From Octopus sinensis (lineage: Eukaryota), in the NCBI RefSeq assembly GCF_006345805.1, contig NW_021828072.1, positions 1-35,624 on the forward strand: a stretch of 35,624 nucleotides of DNA, written 5' to 3'. The notes beneath the pieces are model-generated. The model searched no databases and was not told the DNA's origin. It was given only the letters and a program-made list of their open reading frames with translations. The number at the start of each line of letters is the position of its first letter. Position 1 is the first letter of the stretch. The position numbers were made by a program, and so were the translations under genes. Positions 1 through 11,208 of this stretch are shown piece after piece.

Positions 1-94
1 AGAATAAGTCCCGGGTCGATTTGCTCGAGACTAAGGCGGTGCCCAGCATGGCCGCAGTCAAATGACTGAAACAAGTAAAAGAGTAAAAGAGTAA
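1..94 (+). mobile_element. tRNA-derived SINE family A, 3' end
   Basis: ...ggggtcgatttgctcga...catggccgcagtcaaatgactgaaacaagtaaaagagtaaaagag, the same tail as the full copies elsewhere in the window. Confidence 0.85.
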
Positions 95-385
95 GAGTAT
101 GTGTTTATTTTTTTTTTGCTTGTTTTTCTCTAAGAAACTTTCTCGTCGCATCTTCACTAGCAAACAACAACAACATTAGTAGGCGGAGTCAGAGGGTAAC
201 AATGCCTTCGTTGGACAATGGCTGAGCTGCTAGTAAAACACACAACAGTTATAAAAGGCGCCAGCCTGCCCACTACGTCTGTAATTATAGTGGTAGGGCT
301 GGCTGCCACATGGTGAACAAGCGATGACCTGATAGATATCTCACTTGCCATAGCTTCTGGGCTTTATACGTTCCTATTTTTCATT

Positions 386-603
386 CTTATACTCTTTTAC
401 TTGTTTCAGTCATTTGACTGCGGCCATGCTGGAGCACCACCTTTAGTCGAGCATTATATATAATATATATATTATTATTATATATATATATATATATTAT
501 ATATATATATCTATAGATATATATATTATTAGATATATATATATTATATTATATATATATATATATTATATTATATAATTATATTATATATATTATATAT
601 TAT

Positions 604-642
<39 letters not shown>

Positions 643-987
643 ATATTATATATACATATACATATATATATATTATATATATTATTAATATTATATATAT
701 ATATATATATTATTATATATATATATATATAATTATATATATATGTAAAATATATATATATATACGACAGGCTTCTTTCAGTTTCCGTCTACCAAATCCA
801 CTCACAAGGCTTTAATATATATATATATATATATACTATTTTACTCTTTTACTTGTTTCAGTCATTTGACTGCGGCCATGCTGGACCGCCTTTAGTCGAG
901 CAAATCGACCCCGGGACTTACTCTTTATAAGCCAGCAACTTATTCTATCGGTCTCTTTTGCAGAACCGCTAAGTGACGGGGACGTAA
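386..987 (-). mobile_element. Fragmented SINE A copies around a (TA)n microsatellite (about 453-760)
   Basis: Tail pieces at 386-452 and 838-987 and a body piece at 761-812, all on the reverse strand. Confidence 0.8.
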
Positions 988-1051
988 ATCGGAAATGTTA
1001 TGGATTATGAAGGATCATTGACCTTTATTCACTACCCAAGTAAATCAATGT

Positions 1052-1405
1052 CGTGAAGGCGCAATGGCCCAGTGGTTAGGGCAGCGGACTCGCGGTCATT
1101 GTGAGTGTTCATTGAGCGAAAACACCTAAAGCTCCACGAGGCTCCGGCAGGGGATGGTGATGATCCCTGCTGTACTCTTTCACCACAACTTTCTCTCACT
1201 CTTACTTCCTGTTTATGTTGTACCTGTATTTCGAAGGGCCGGCCTTGTCACTCTCTGTGTCACGCTGAATATCCCGAGAACTACGTTAAGGGTACACTTG
1301 TCTGTGGAGTGCTCAGCCACTTACACGTAATTTCACGAGCAGGCTGTTTCGTTGATTCGGATCAACCGGAATCCTCGTCGTCGTAACCGATGGAGTGCTT
1401 CCAAC
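1052..1405 (+). mobile_element. tRNA-derived SINE family C with the B-box segment deleted; 10-bp TSD
   Basis: Head ggcgcaatggcccagtggttagggcagcggactcgcggtc. TSD aaatcaatgt at 1042-1051 and 1406-1415. Lacks the segment gtaggatcgcggtttcgattcccagaccgggc present in the copy at 15466-15850. Confidence 0.88.
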
Positions 1406-1469
1406 AAATCAATGTGTCCATTTATGATGTGTTCAACACAAACGTGATCAAGAAGGGGAATTCTGGCAC

Positions 1470-2112
1470 CAGAATTGCCTTTCATCCTTTCGGGGTCGAT
1501 AAATTAAGTACCAGTTACGCACTGGGGTCGATGTAATCGACTTAATCCGTTTGTCTGTCCTTGTTCTGCCGAGGTCGACTTTGCCTTTCATCCTTTCGGG
1601 GTCGATAAATTAAATACCAGTTACGCACTGGGGTCGATGTAATCGACTTAATCCGTTTGTCCGTCCTTGTTCCGCCGAGGTCGACTTTGCCTTTCATCCT
1701 TTCGGGGTCGTTAAATTAAGTACCAGTTACGCACTGGGGTCGATGTAATCGACTTAATCCGTTTCTCTGTCCTTGTTCCGAGAGGTCGACTTTGCCTTTC
1801 ATCCTTCGGGGTCGATAAATTAAGTACCAGTTACGCACTGGGGTCGATGTAATCGACTTAATACCTATGTCTGTCCATGTTTGTCCCCTCTATGTTTAGC
1901 CCCTTGTGGGTAATAACGAAATAGGTATTGCGTCTGTCGTTGCGTTCTGGATTCAAATTCGCATAGGTCGACTAAGCCTTTCATCCTTTCGGGGTCGATA
2001 AATAAAGTAACCAGTTACGCACTGGGATCGATGTAATCGACTTAATCCGTTGTCTTGTTCCCTTGTTTGTCCCCTCTGTGTTTAGCCCCTTGTTGGTAAT
2101 AAAGAAATAGGT
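1470..2112 (+). mobile_element. SINE family B, central domain tandemly repeated (about 107-bp units)
   Basis: gcctttcatcctttcggggtcgataaattaagtaccagttacgcactggggtcgatgtaatcgacttaatccg occurs five times, and the region ends in aaagaaatagg. Confidence 0.85.
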
Positions 2113-2233
2113 AAAAATAAGTGATATATTTCAAAGGGGAGAGTAGGGAATGGCTGGCAGCACGTTAAAAAAAGCGGAGCTGCAATGTATCAAGCACTGA
2201 TATTAGATTAGATAAAATAGCTCTCTCTCTTAC

Positions 2234-2389
2234 TGGTCTGTGCTGTGTCTGTGTGGTCTTGACTTTCTGTTCCAGACTTGGGGTTTGTCGACCCACCGTC
2301 CCTTTCATCGATCACCAAGTTCAATTGGCATTTTACCTTTCAAACAGCTGATATAGCGCTGACAAAAATGTGTCACAGAGTTCATGCAC
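2234..2389 (-). CDS. Meis: Meis exon (equivalent to exon 6), [32 protein letters not shown]..., disrupted in this sequence by at least two +1 insertions and a damaged acceptor
   Basis: The minus strand reads tattcg|GTG CAT GAA CTC TGT GAC A(C)AT TTT TGT CAG CGC TAT ATC AGC TGT TTG AAA GGT AAA ATG CCA ATT GA(A)C TTG GTG ATC GAT GAA AGG GAC GGT GGG ... CACAGACCA|gtaaga. The ORF track misses it because of the frameshifts. Confidence 0.9.
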
Positions 2390-2564
2390 CGAATATAAAA
2401 ATAATTGCATAATATTAAAAACTGTTATTTGCATATCAATCTTAGTATTTAAGCTGGCCGTATCCAGCAGGTATTTGGAAAATACCCTGCATAGTTATGG
2501 GATGCTCTTTGACAAGGTATAGCACCCATTCAGCCACCCTGTCAGGCATACAGCAAAGTTATGG

Positions 2565-3212
2565 TCATTATCATCATTGTTCGACAGTGGTCGAGACAAT
2601 GGAATTTACCATGCTACGCCAGACTTCACGGTCCATCATGGCATTACGGAGGTCCTGTTGCTGGATGCCTGTATCCCTGGAGATTACATCAGGGTAGGAG
2701 AGTGTGCGCCCTCTGGTATCGCGAGCAGATGGCTTCCAGAAGAGAAGAGTAGTAAATTACCTCTTTTTCAGCTCTACAACAATGTCCAGCAAACTGGACT
2801 CTCCTACCTTTCACAAGAGATAACACAGGTGGTAGTTTCCCATATATTTGCATTTTGGTTGGATGGCGCTTCCACGAGAGATTTGAGCTCTCATGAGGAG
2901 GCGAGTGTAGGTTCCATCCAACTGCCTCTCAAGCTTCTTTGATAACGTCCAGGTTTCTGGCCATATAGTAGAACTGGTTCGACTGGGCTTTGAAGATTTC
3001 AAGTTTGAAGTCTCTACTTAGATTTGATGACCAGATCTTATGCATGTCATTACAGGCTGACCAGGCCATACCCTTTCTAGTTATAAAGTCTTTTCCAGAT
3101 GATGATATGTATGACCCAAGATATTTGTAATCAGAAACCATATTTAAAGGCGCACTGTTGAGAGTATGGATGATGCAATCACTGTTGGACAGGCACTTGT
3201 TTATGTATGTTA
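2565..3212 (-). mobile_element. RTE-clade LINE, 5'-truncated and frameshifted ORF C-terminus
   Basis: Peptides MVSDYKYLGSYISSSGKDFITRKGMAWSAC, PETWTLSKKLERQLDGTYTRLL and GRRVQFAGHCCRAEKEV...LSYPDVISRDTG...MMDREVWRSMV, followed by a short (TGA)n-like tail. The clade is judged from motif recall. Confidence 0.75.
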
Positions 3213-3438
3213 TGGTACTGCGATATGGCGGATTGTTACAAGGTAATGGCAGAGCTCAGCTGAGCCAAAGTGCTTCTTACACTGATGCTGAGCGGAGGAA
3301 TATTTAGAAGATCAACAGTCAGGATCACCAAACTCTATTAAGAGAGAGTAACTGCAATCCATCCATAAGGGTGGTGGCCATGGTCGTGTAATCAGCTAAT
3401 GAAAGATTCACAAGGAACCTAATGAAAGATTCACATAA

Positions 3439-3857
3439 GCGCAAGAGTGGCTGTGTGGTAAGTAGCTTGCTAACCACCACATGGTTCCGGGTTCAGTCCC
3501 ACTGCGTGGCACCTTGGGTAAGTGTCTTCTACTATAGCCTCGGGCCGACCAAAGCCTTGTGAGTGGATTGGTAGACGGAAAATGAAAGAAGCCCGTCGTA
3601 TATATGTATATATATAATATACGCGCGTGGTTGTGTGCTTGTGTGTCTGTGTTTGTTCCCCTAGCATTGCTTGACAACCGATGCTGGTGTGTTTATGTCC
3701 CCGTTACTTAGCGGTTTGGCAAAAGAGACCGATAGAATAAAGTACTGGGCTTACAAAAGAATAAGTCCCGGGGGTCGAGTTGCTCGATTAAAGGCGGTGC
3801 TGCTCCAGCATGGCCGCAGTCAAATGACTGAAACAAGTAAATGAGAGAGTAAAGAGT
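3439..3857 (+). mobile_element. SINE A, full length
   Basis: tRNA-like head with A box (tggctgtgtgg) and B box (ggttcagtccc), then ccttgggtaagtg, an internal TA/TG microsatellite and an (aaagagt)n tail. Confidence 0.9.
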
Positions 3858-4169
3858 AACCATGCTTTCAATTCAAATTCGTAATAATGGAATTGGATGG
3901 TAACAGAGAATCACGGGAATCCACAAAAGCAGTGCAAAACAAAAAAAAATGTTAAAACTGGCTAGATCCGGCCTCTCACACCTACCATACAATGACATTT
4001 AAAAAATAATCAAGCACATCATTGAAATATCAAAGCTACAAGATAATGCAGGATTAATCAAAACGTGAATAAATAAGCATTACATTTGACAGAATAATCT
4101 GAAGGCAAAAGGGGTTCAATGAGTTATTTTCTTGTTTAAAACAGTGGCTCTCAACAGGGATCCATTTAA

Positions 4170-5246
4170 CCCTTTCGTTACTATATTTCTGACCAAAATA
4201 CACCCCTCATGAGTTTCAATTAAATTCTAAAATAATCATGAAATCTAGGCTTGTTTCATTAAATAACTGTAACCTTTTTACTTATCAACATATTAATGTG
4301 ATATCGGAACATAATTAAAGAAAGGGTTCTTAATCAATTCTATGCATAACTTTTGTCTCAAAGTGACTTTAATTACAGGTAAATCCAGGTAAATTGAGCA
4401 AAAGGTAAAAAATTAAAATTTTGTTTAAAACATCACATAGAAAATGAATCATCAGCTAATACTCAATTGGGTATGCAACAAAATTTTGATAAAGAAGAAT
4501 TGTGCATATCACTAGATCCTCAGTTGAATTTAATGCACAACAGGTGTACCATAAAGGTGGAATAAAGTGAAATACTGGAATCCACCGCAAGTTTGACCGA
4601 ACTAAAGAAATCGGTCAAAAAATAATATACGGCCCTGGTTTATGGTATGGAAGTGATAAATTCCAGACCACATCGTTCCCTAGGCCATGCTGACTAACAT
4701 TATTTTCCCTGTATAAAAACTAAATCCACGCAGTACCCAGTATTTGCTTCACAAATTTTCCGAAATTTGAACCCCCATTTTGAGTTTGTTTACATTAGGC
4801 GTAGTTTGTTTCTGCATTGATCGCTTCTAACAATAACTTCCAGACCACATCATACCCTAAGCCATGCTGACTGACATTAGTTTCCCTGTATATACAAACT
4901 AAATCCACAACAGTACCCAGTATTTGTTCACACAAATTTTCCAATTCGGAATCAATGCTTGATAACATTGAAACTCCTATCCATTTTCAAAGTTGAAGAA
5001 AAATCGATGCCGAAAACAATGTGGAAAAAAATCTCCCAAAATTCAGGGAACTAAAATTACACGTCGATCGTTGTACAAAACTGTAGATGAACTGTTTACG
5101 AAGTATAATCACGTGTTTTCACGAATGTACTAAAGAGATTTGCTCTGATATTCTCATTTAAATATGAATAGGTAAATACGGGCGACTTTGGTCACATTAA
5201 CCAAAATTTTTTTCGGGCGGCTTTAGGCGGTTTGGTAACGAAAGGG
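4170..5246. mobile_element. Non-autonomous piggyBac-superfamily element (1077 bp)
   Basis: TTAA at 4166-4169 and 5247-5250 flanks perfect 12-bp TIRs CCCTTTCGTTAC / GTAACGAAAGGG. No transposase ORF. Internal direct repeat of about 100 bp (about 4660-4760 and 4840-4940). Confidence 0.88.
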
Positions 5247-5494
5247 TTAAGACTGGAGGTGTGGCGGGGTCACATAAGCAAAACAGTAAATTAGGGCCCC
5301 ACGGTAGTATTTTAGAGGTGATCTTTTATTCTTTTATCTTTTGTGTCAGTCATGAGACTGCGGCCGTGCTAGGGTACCACCATAAAGTATTTCAGTTAAA
5401 CGAATTGACTTCGGTATTTTTAAGTCATTTTAGGGATCAGTAAAATAATTACCATACTAAAAACGATAAAAAAATATGAAGATATTGACTTTAC

Positions 5495-5545
5495 CTTTTC
5501 CAGTTCCAATAGGTGAAATCTTAAAACCTGAATGGCTTGAATCAT
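5495..5545 (-). CDS. Meis: Meis micro-exon (equivalent to exon 5), 51 nt, MIQAIQVLRFHLLELEK
   Basis: Acceptor atgtttcag|ATG ATT CAA, donor GAA AAG|gtaaag. The peptide matches the invariant Meis HM motif. Confidence 0.96.
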
Positions 5546-5639
5546 CTGAAACATAAAAACGACATAGAACGTCACTAAACATCTGGAATGAGGCATTCTT
5601 GATAAAGTTACAAGTGTGCATAATATAGTGCTGGAAGTA

Positions 5640-6199
5640 CGAGGGGCGTTCAATAAGTAATGCCTCTGACCCACTTGCCGTTGTTTGATCTAGCTGAAAT
5701 TTAGCATGTGCAATTATTTATATCTCTATAGACTAAGTGGCAAATTACAGCTCCGAACTAATTGTGGTTTCTGATTTACAGGTGTTTGAAAGGTGTCAAG
5801 TGGGAAATGGAGCCTGTTGAGTGTCGAGCAGTGATCCGGTTTTTGTATTTGAAATGACGCACACCACAGGAGACTTTTGATGAAATGAAAGTAACTTATA
5901 GTGATGATGCCCCATCATATGACCTTGTAAAACGCTGGCATCGTGAATTCAAACATAGTGGATTTTGAAAGGAAAGTGTTTCCCAGATGATGCAGCCTTG
6001 ATTTCTGAAGACACGTCATGGTTGGAGGACCAAGCTGGGGTCTTCTACGAAAACGGTCTCCAGAGCTGTATCAAACGATGGGAGAAATGCATAACTCTGG
6101 GTAGTTCCTATGTAGGAAACGACTAATAACTGTGCCAAGTGTCGTTGCTCTACTGCTATGGGAAGTGGGTCAGGGGTATTACTTATTGAACGCCCCTCG
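5640..6199 (+). mobile_element. Internally deleted mariner (Tc1/mariner) element, 560 bp
   Basis: TA TSDs at 5638-5639 and 6200-6201. TIRs of about 35 bp (cgaggggcgttcaataagtaatgcctctgacccactt). Transposase N-terminus MEPVECRAVIRFLYLK*RTPQETFDEM...VKRWHREFK is fused directly to the C-terminus ...FYENGLQSCIKRWEKCITL. Confidence 0.92.
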
Positions 6200-6425
6200 T
6201 AACTTTTGTAATATCTGTGTCGGACATCAAGCCGCAGTGAGGGACACACACACACCCACACAGAGTTTCGATCTACCAAATCCACTCACAAGGCTTTGGT
6301 TGGTCTGAGGCTATAGCAAAAGACACTTGCCCATGGTGCCACGCGGTGGGACTGAACTCAGAACCATAAGGTTGAGGAACAAGCTTTGTAGGACAAAGCC
6401 AAACCTATATATATATATATATCAT

Positions 6426-6640
6426 TCTCTTTTACTTGCTTCAGTCATTTGACTGCGGCCATGCTGCAAGCACCGCCTTAGTCGAGCGCGAATCGACCCC
6501 GGGTCTTATTCTTTGTAAGCCAGTACTTATTCTATAGGTCTCTTTGCCGACCGCTAAGTGACGGGGACGGAAAACACACCAGCATCGGTTGTCAAGCAAT
6601 GCTAGGGGTTACAAACACAGACACACAAACACACACACAA

Positions 6641-6684
<44 letters not shown>

Positions 6685-6853
6685 CATATATACGACAGGA
6701 CTTTCAGTTTCCGTCTCCCAAATCCACTCACAAGGCATTGGTCGGCCTGGGGCTATAGCAGAAGACATTTGCCCAAGATGTCACGCAGTGGGACTGAAAC
6801 CCGGGACCATGTGGTTGGTTAGGAAGCCACTTACCACACAGCCACTCCTACGC
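6426..6853 (-). mobile_element. SINE A, full length (an older degenerate copy lies at about 6240-6410)
   Basis: Reverse complement of the family A head, body and tail. Confidence 0.88.
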
Positions 6854-6902
<49 letters not shown>

Positions 6903-7193
6903 CAAAAGCAATAAAGATTCAAGTTAATTTAAATGAATTTACTTGAATATGGTACCTAACTTAGATGCACCAAAAAAAACTATACTGTTTTAACAATACA
7001 GTAATGTGGGGTGATTATAAGCGAGAAAGAAGCAACAAGAATGGATAGGTTTTTAGTACAATCGTTTCATACAAGGACAGGCTTTATTAAATGTTGCAAA
7101 TTACAGCTATAAACGTGTCCCGTACTCATCAGCCTAAAATACATGTGAGTTCTCTAGACATCCTAGTGGTTGAGGCTATACTCATGAAGTAAT

Positions 7194-7227
<34 letters not shown>

Positions 7228-7342
7228 GATTTTTTCGTTTTTGGTAGGATGAACAGAAAAGCACTGCATCTAGTGAATATAAGTGAAAAATATTTGCTTC
7301 TTGTGGCCTTTGATTCGCAAATTTTCAGACCTAATGAAATGA

Positions 7343-7978
7343 TGGAAGCACTCCGTCGGTTGCGACGACGAGGGTTCGGTTGATCCGAATCAACGGAACA
7401 GCCTGCTCATGAAATTAACGTGTAAGTGGCTGAGCACTCCACAGACACGTGTACCTTAACGTAGTTCTCGGGATATTCAGCGGGACACAGAGAGTGACAA
7501 GGCCGGCCTTCGAAATACAGGTACAACAGAAACAGGAAGTAAGAGTGAGAGAAAGCTGTCGTGAAAGAGTAAAGCAGGGATCACCCCCCCCCCTGCAGGA
7601 GCACTCTGTCGGTTACGACGACGAGGGTTCCGGTTGATCCGAATAACGGAACAGCCTGCTCATGAAATTAACGTGTAAGTGGGCTGAGCACTCCACAGAC
7701 ACGTGTACCCTTAACGTGTCTCGGGGATATTTAGCGTGACACAGAGAGTTACAAGGCCGGGCCCTTGAAATACAGGTACAACAGAAACAGGAAGTAAGAG
7801 GTGAGAGAAAGCTGTGGTGAAAGAGTACAGCAGGGATCACCACCATCCCCTGCGGAGCCTCGTGGAGCTTTTAGGTGTTTTCGCTCAATAAACACTCACA
7901 ACGCCCGGTTCAGGAATCGAAACCGCGATCCTCTGACCGCGAGTCCGCTGCCCAACCACTGGGCCAATGCGCCTCCAC
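7343..7978 (-). mobile_element. SINE C with an internal tandem duplication of about 250 bp; 13-bp TSD
   Basis: TSD cctaatgaaatga at 7330-7342 and 7979-7991. tRNA-like head near 7900-7975. The 3' body is present twice. Confidence 0.9.
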
Positions 7979-8103
7979 CCTAATGAAATGACAAGCTGTA
8001 AGACAAGAAGGGACAATGGTCCATGATGACTGGAGCATTGAGGAAGAGTAGGAGAGGAGGAGGAGGAAAGAAAGGAAGGAAGAAGAACAAAAAAAGGACG
8101 TTA

Positions 8104-9311
8104 TCTCTTATATATAAACGGCAGTTAGTTGTGTGTGTCTTGTCTGTGTGTTTTGTCGGTTGTACCCTCCCCTGACCACGGCTTTCAACCGATTCTGATG
8201 AAACTGAAACAACATATCCCAATGTCATAATTCAAACCCAATTGCAGACCAATTTTGAAAAGTTCCCCCCGTTCTGAAAAAAATCGATAAATTCGACATG
8301 GGGTCTAGAATCTTAGCTTATCATATGCAAACATTTTCCGTTTATAGTTTTCGCAACTTGCAATCGATTTTCACCAAACTCATGGTGAAGCTTAATGTAC
8401 CCTAAGAAACTTAATTCTGGCGTTAGTTTTCCATACAATAACCTTACCATCAGAAAAAAAATCGATAAATCATGCCAGTTTGGGAAATCGCGTTCAAATT
8501 CAAGATGACAATTTTCGACAATATCTTTAACAAATTGGCAGGAATTTTTTTTGAAATTCACAGCGAGCATCATGTTGCTCCAAGGAGCTATATGGCCCTT
8601 TTGATTCCAATAGGATACGTTATTATAAAAAACTGGAAAAACAAAGCGCAGAAGAGTGGGTTGTGTGTGCTAAACAAACCAGAAAATGCACTTTGAATGT
8701 CAGAGATTTTTCCTTCATGCACTTGCATGACATTTCATTATGATTTCTTCATGGCGATTTAGCATGCAAGGAAACGGTTGCCTTGAATGCCTTAATGCAT
8801 TTAGGCTGCATTTTACAAAATACGGTTCAATGAGTATAAAAAAGGGTAAAAAGGTAAAGGCATTGCTTATCGACAAAGTTTCAAAGGCACAGGAGTGGCT
8901 GTGTGGTAAGTAGATTGTTTACCAACCACATGGTTCCGGGTTCAATCCCACTGCGTGGCACCTTGGGCGAGTGTCTTCTACTATAGCCTCGGGCCGACCA
9001 AAGCCTTGTGAGTGGATTTGGTAAACGGAAACTGAAAGAAGCCCGTCATATATATGTATATATATATATATATATGTGCGTGTGTGTCTGTGTTTGTCCC
9101 CCTAGCATTGCTTGACAACCGATGCTGGTGTGTTTATGTCCCCGTCACCTAGCGGTTCGGCAAAAGAGACCGATAGAATAAGTACTGGGCTTACAAAGAA
9201 TAAGTCCCGGGTCGAGTTGCTCGATTAAAGGTGGTGCTCCAGCATGGCCGCAGTCAAACGACTGAAACAAGTAAAAGAGTATACCCGGGCAACGCCGGGC
9301 TATGCTGCTAG
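8104..9311 (+). mobile_element. Non-autonomous Helitron (family H1) interrupted by unrelated DNA and a SINE A copy (8886-9280)
   Basis: A|TC 5' end (atctcttatatataaacggcag) and subterminal GT-rich microsatellite. The 3' hairpin cccgggcaacgccggg lies 8 nt before CTAG|T. Confidence 0.8.
8886..9280 (+). mobile_element. SINE A, full length
   Basis: Head-body-tail match to the other family A copies. Confidence 0.9.
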
Positions 9312-9569
9312 TGATGATGACAAGAGGTAGTGGGGAAATAGGAGGTAAAAGAAGAGAAAGCAAAAGCATGACCTAAAAATAATGTGAATAAAAAATGTAA
9401 AGAAATTATTTTTTAAAAAAATAGGTCATAATATATAAACAAATAATTCATTGGCAACTTACAGAATGTTATTCGGAAGTGAGGGAACGAAGACAATAAC
9501 AGTAGCAATTATATTCCTAACGAATGGACAAATAATTGCATATGAATAACACATACCCTCTAGTAAATT

Positions 9570-10815
9570 CTGGCGTTGCTTGTGTTTACAATAAATATAA
9601 TACTAACGAAATAGTTATTCCCACTTAAATGTTCTGTTGGAACAAACTATACTGCAATAGATACCTTGAGAGAACCTCTCATATTGGCTTTTGGTGCAAA
9701 ATGCACTTTTGTTTATTATATCGCTAGTGGGGAAATAAATCCCTGACACCTCTAGCACTGAAACCATCAGATCCCATGATTTCAACCTTCTTTGGTGTCG
9801 TCAATGATGGACTCTGGCGTTGCTTGTGTTTACAATAAATATAATACTAACGAAACAGTTATTCCCACTTAAATGTTCTGTTGGAACAAACTATACTGCA
9901 ATAGATACCACGAGAGAACCTCTCATACTCTTTTTACTTGTTTCAGTCATTTGACTGCGGCCATGCTGGAGCACCGCCTTTAGTCGAGCAACTCGACCCC
10001 GGGACTTATTCTTTGTAAGACCAGTACTTATTCTATCGGTCTCTTTTTGTCGAACCGCCAAGTGACGGGGACGGAAACACACCAGCATCGGTTGTCAAGC
10101 AATGCTAGGGGGACAAACACAGACATACACACACACACATATATATATATATATACATATATATGACAGGCTTCTTTCAGTTTCCGTCTACCAAATCCAC
10201 TCACAAGGCATTGGTCGGCCCGGGGCTATAGCAGAAGACACTTGCCCAAGATGCCACGCAGTGGGACTGAACCCGGAACCATGTGGTTGGTTAGCAAGCT
10301 ACTTACCACACAGCCACTCCTACACCTATATATATATATATATACGACAGGCTTCTTTCAGTTTCCATCTACAAATCCACTCACAGGCATTGGTCGCCCG
10401 GGGCTATAGCAGAAGACACTTGCCCAAGATGCCACGCAGTGGGACTGAACCCGGAACCATGTGGTTGGTTAGCAAGCTACTTACCACACACGCCACTCCT
10501 ACCACCTATATTTATATACGACAGGCTCTTTCTGTTTCCGTCTACCAAATCCACTCACAAGGCATTGGTCGGCCCGGGGCTATAGCAGAAGACACTTGCC
10601 CAAGATGCCACGCAGTGGGACTGAACCCGAACCATGTGGTTGGTTAGCAAGCTGCTTACCACACAGCCACACCTGCGCCACTCATATTGGCTTTTGGTGC
10701 AAAATACACTCTTGTTTATTATATCGCTAGTGGGGAAATAAATCCCTGACACCTCTAGCACTGAGACCATCAGATACCATGATTTCAACCTTCTTTGGTC
10801 TCGTCAATGATGGAC
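9570..10815. repeat. Tandem duplication of about 243 bp whose second copy is split by a SINE A insertion
   Basis: Structure X(9570-9682) Y(9683-9812) X(9813-9927) [SINE] Y(10681-10815). Confidence 0.85.
9928..10680 (-). mobile_element. SINE A with three tandem heads and one tail; 6-bp TSD
   Basis: TSD ctcata at 9922-9927 and 10681-10686. The head modules are separated by (TA)n. Confidence 0.88.
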
Positions 10816-11208
10816 ACTCAGCTACTAGAGATAATCACAAAGGAGCAAAATAGCACCCAAAAGTACCAGAAACTCAACATCCGTTGTTTATGCTGTAACT
10901 AAGCAGTGCAACGGAAGAGACAGCTAAATTAAATGCCAGACTCTAAGACAAGTAGTGGAAATCCATGCCCATCAATTTAAAAACAATCTGAAACAAGCGA
11001 AAGAGTAAAAGAGTTTCTCTTCAGCAGCCTTATTTTTTTTTTTTTACCATTCTTTTGTTTATCCTCAGCTCTATTTCTGTTTGGTTCAGAGTTTAAAAAA
11101 TTTTTAAATTAAGTGAAAAATTTTGAAATTTGGTAATATTCATGTAATTTTTCATAATGGATCTGATGTTGTTATTTTACTTGCTGTATATATATATATA
11201 TATATATA

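Noticed and set aside
157-351. 64-aa minus-strand ORF as a possible next Meis exon
   Set aside because: It shows no similarity to the Ser/Gly-rich exon expected after the HM domain and ends in a (TTG)n run; probably non-coding or repeat-derived.
10102-10647. Recurrent ORFs with RLPNPLTRLWSARGYSRRHLPK or SVSVYQIHSQG, suggesting a repeat-protein family
   Set aside because: These are antisense frames of SINE A; frames and stops vary between copies.
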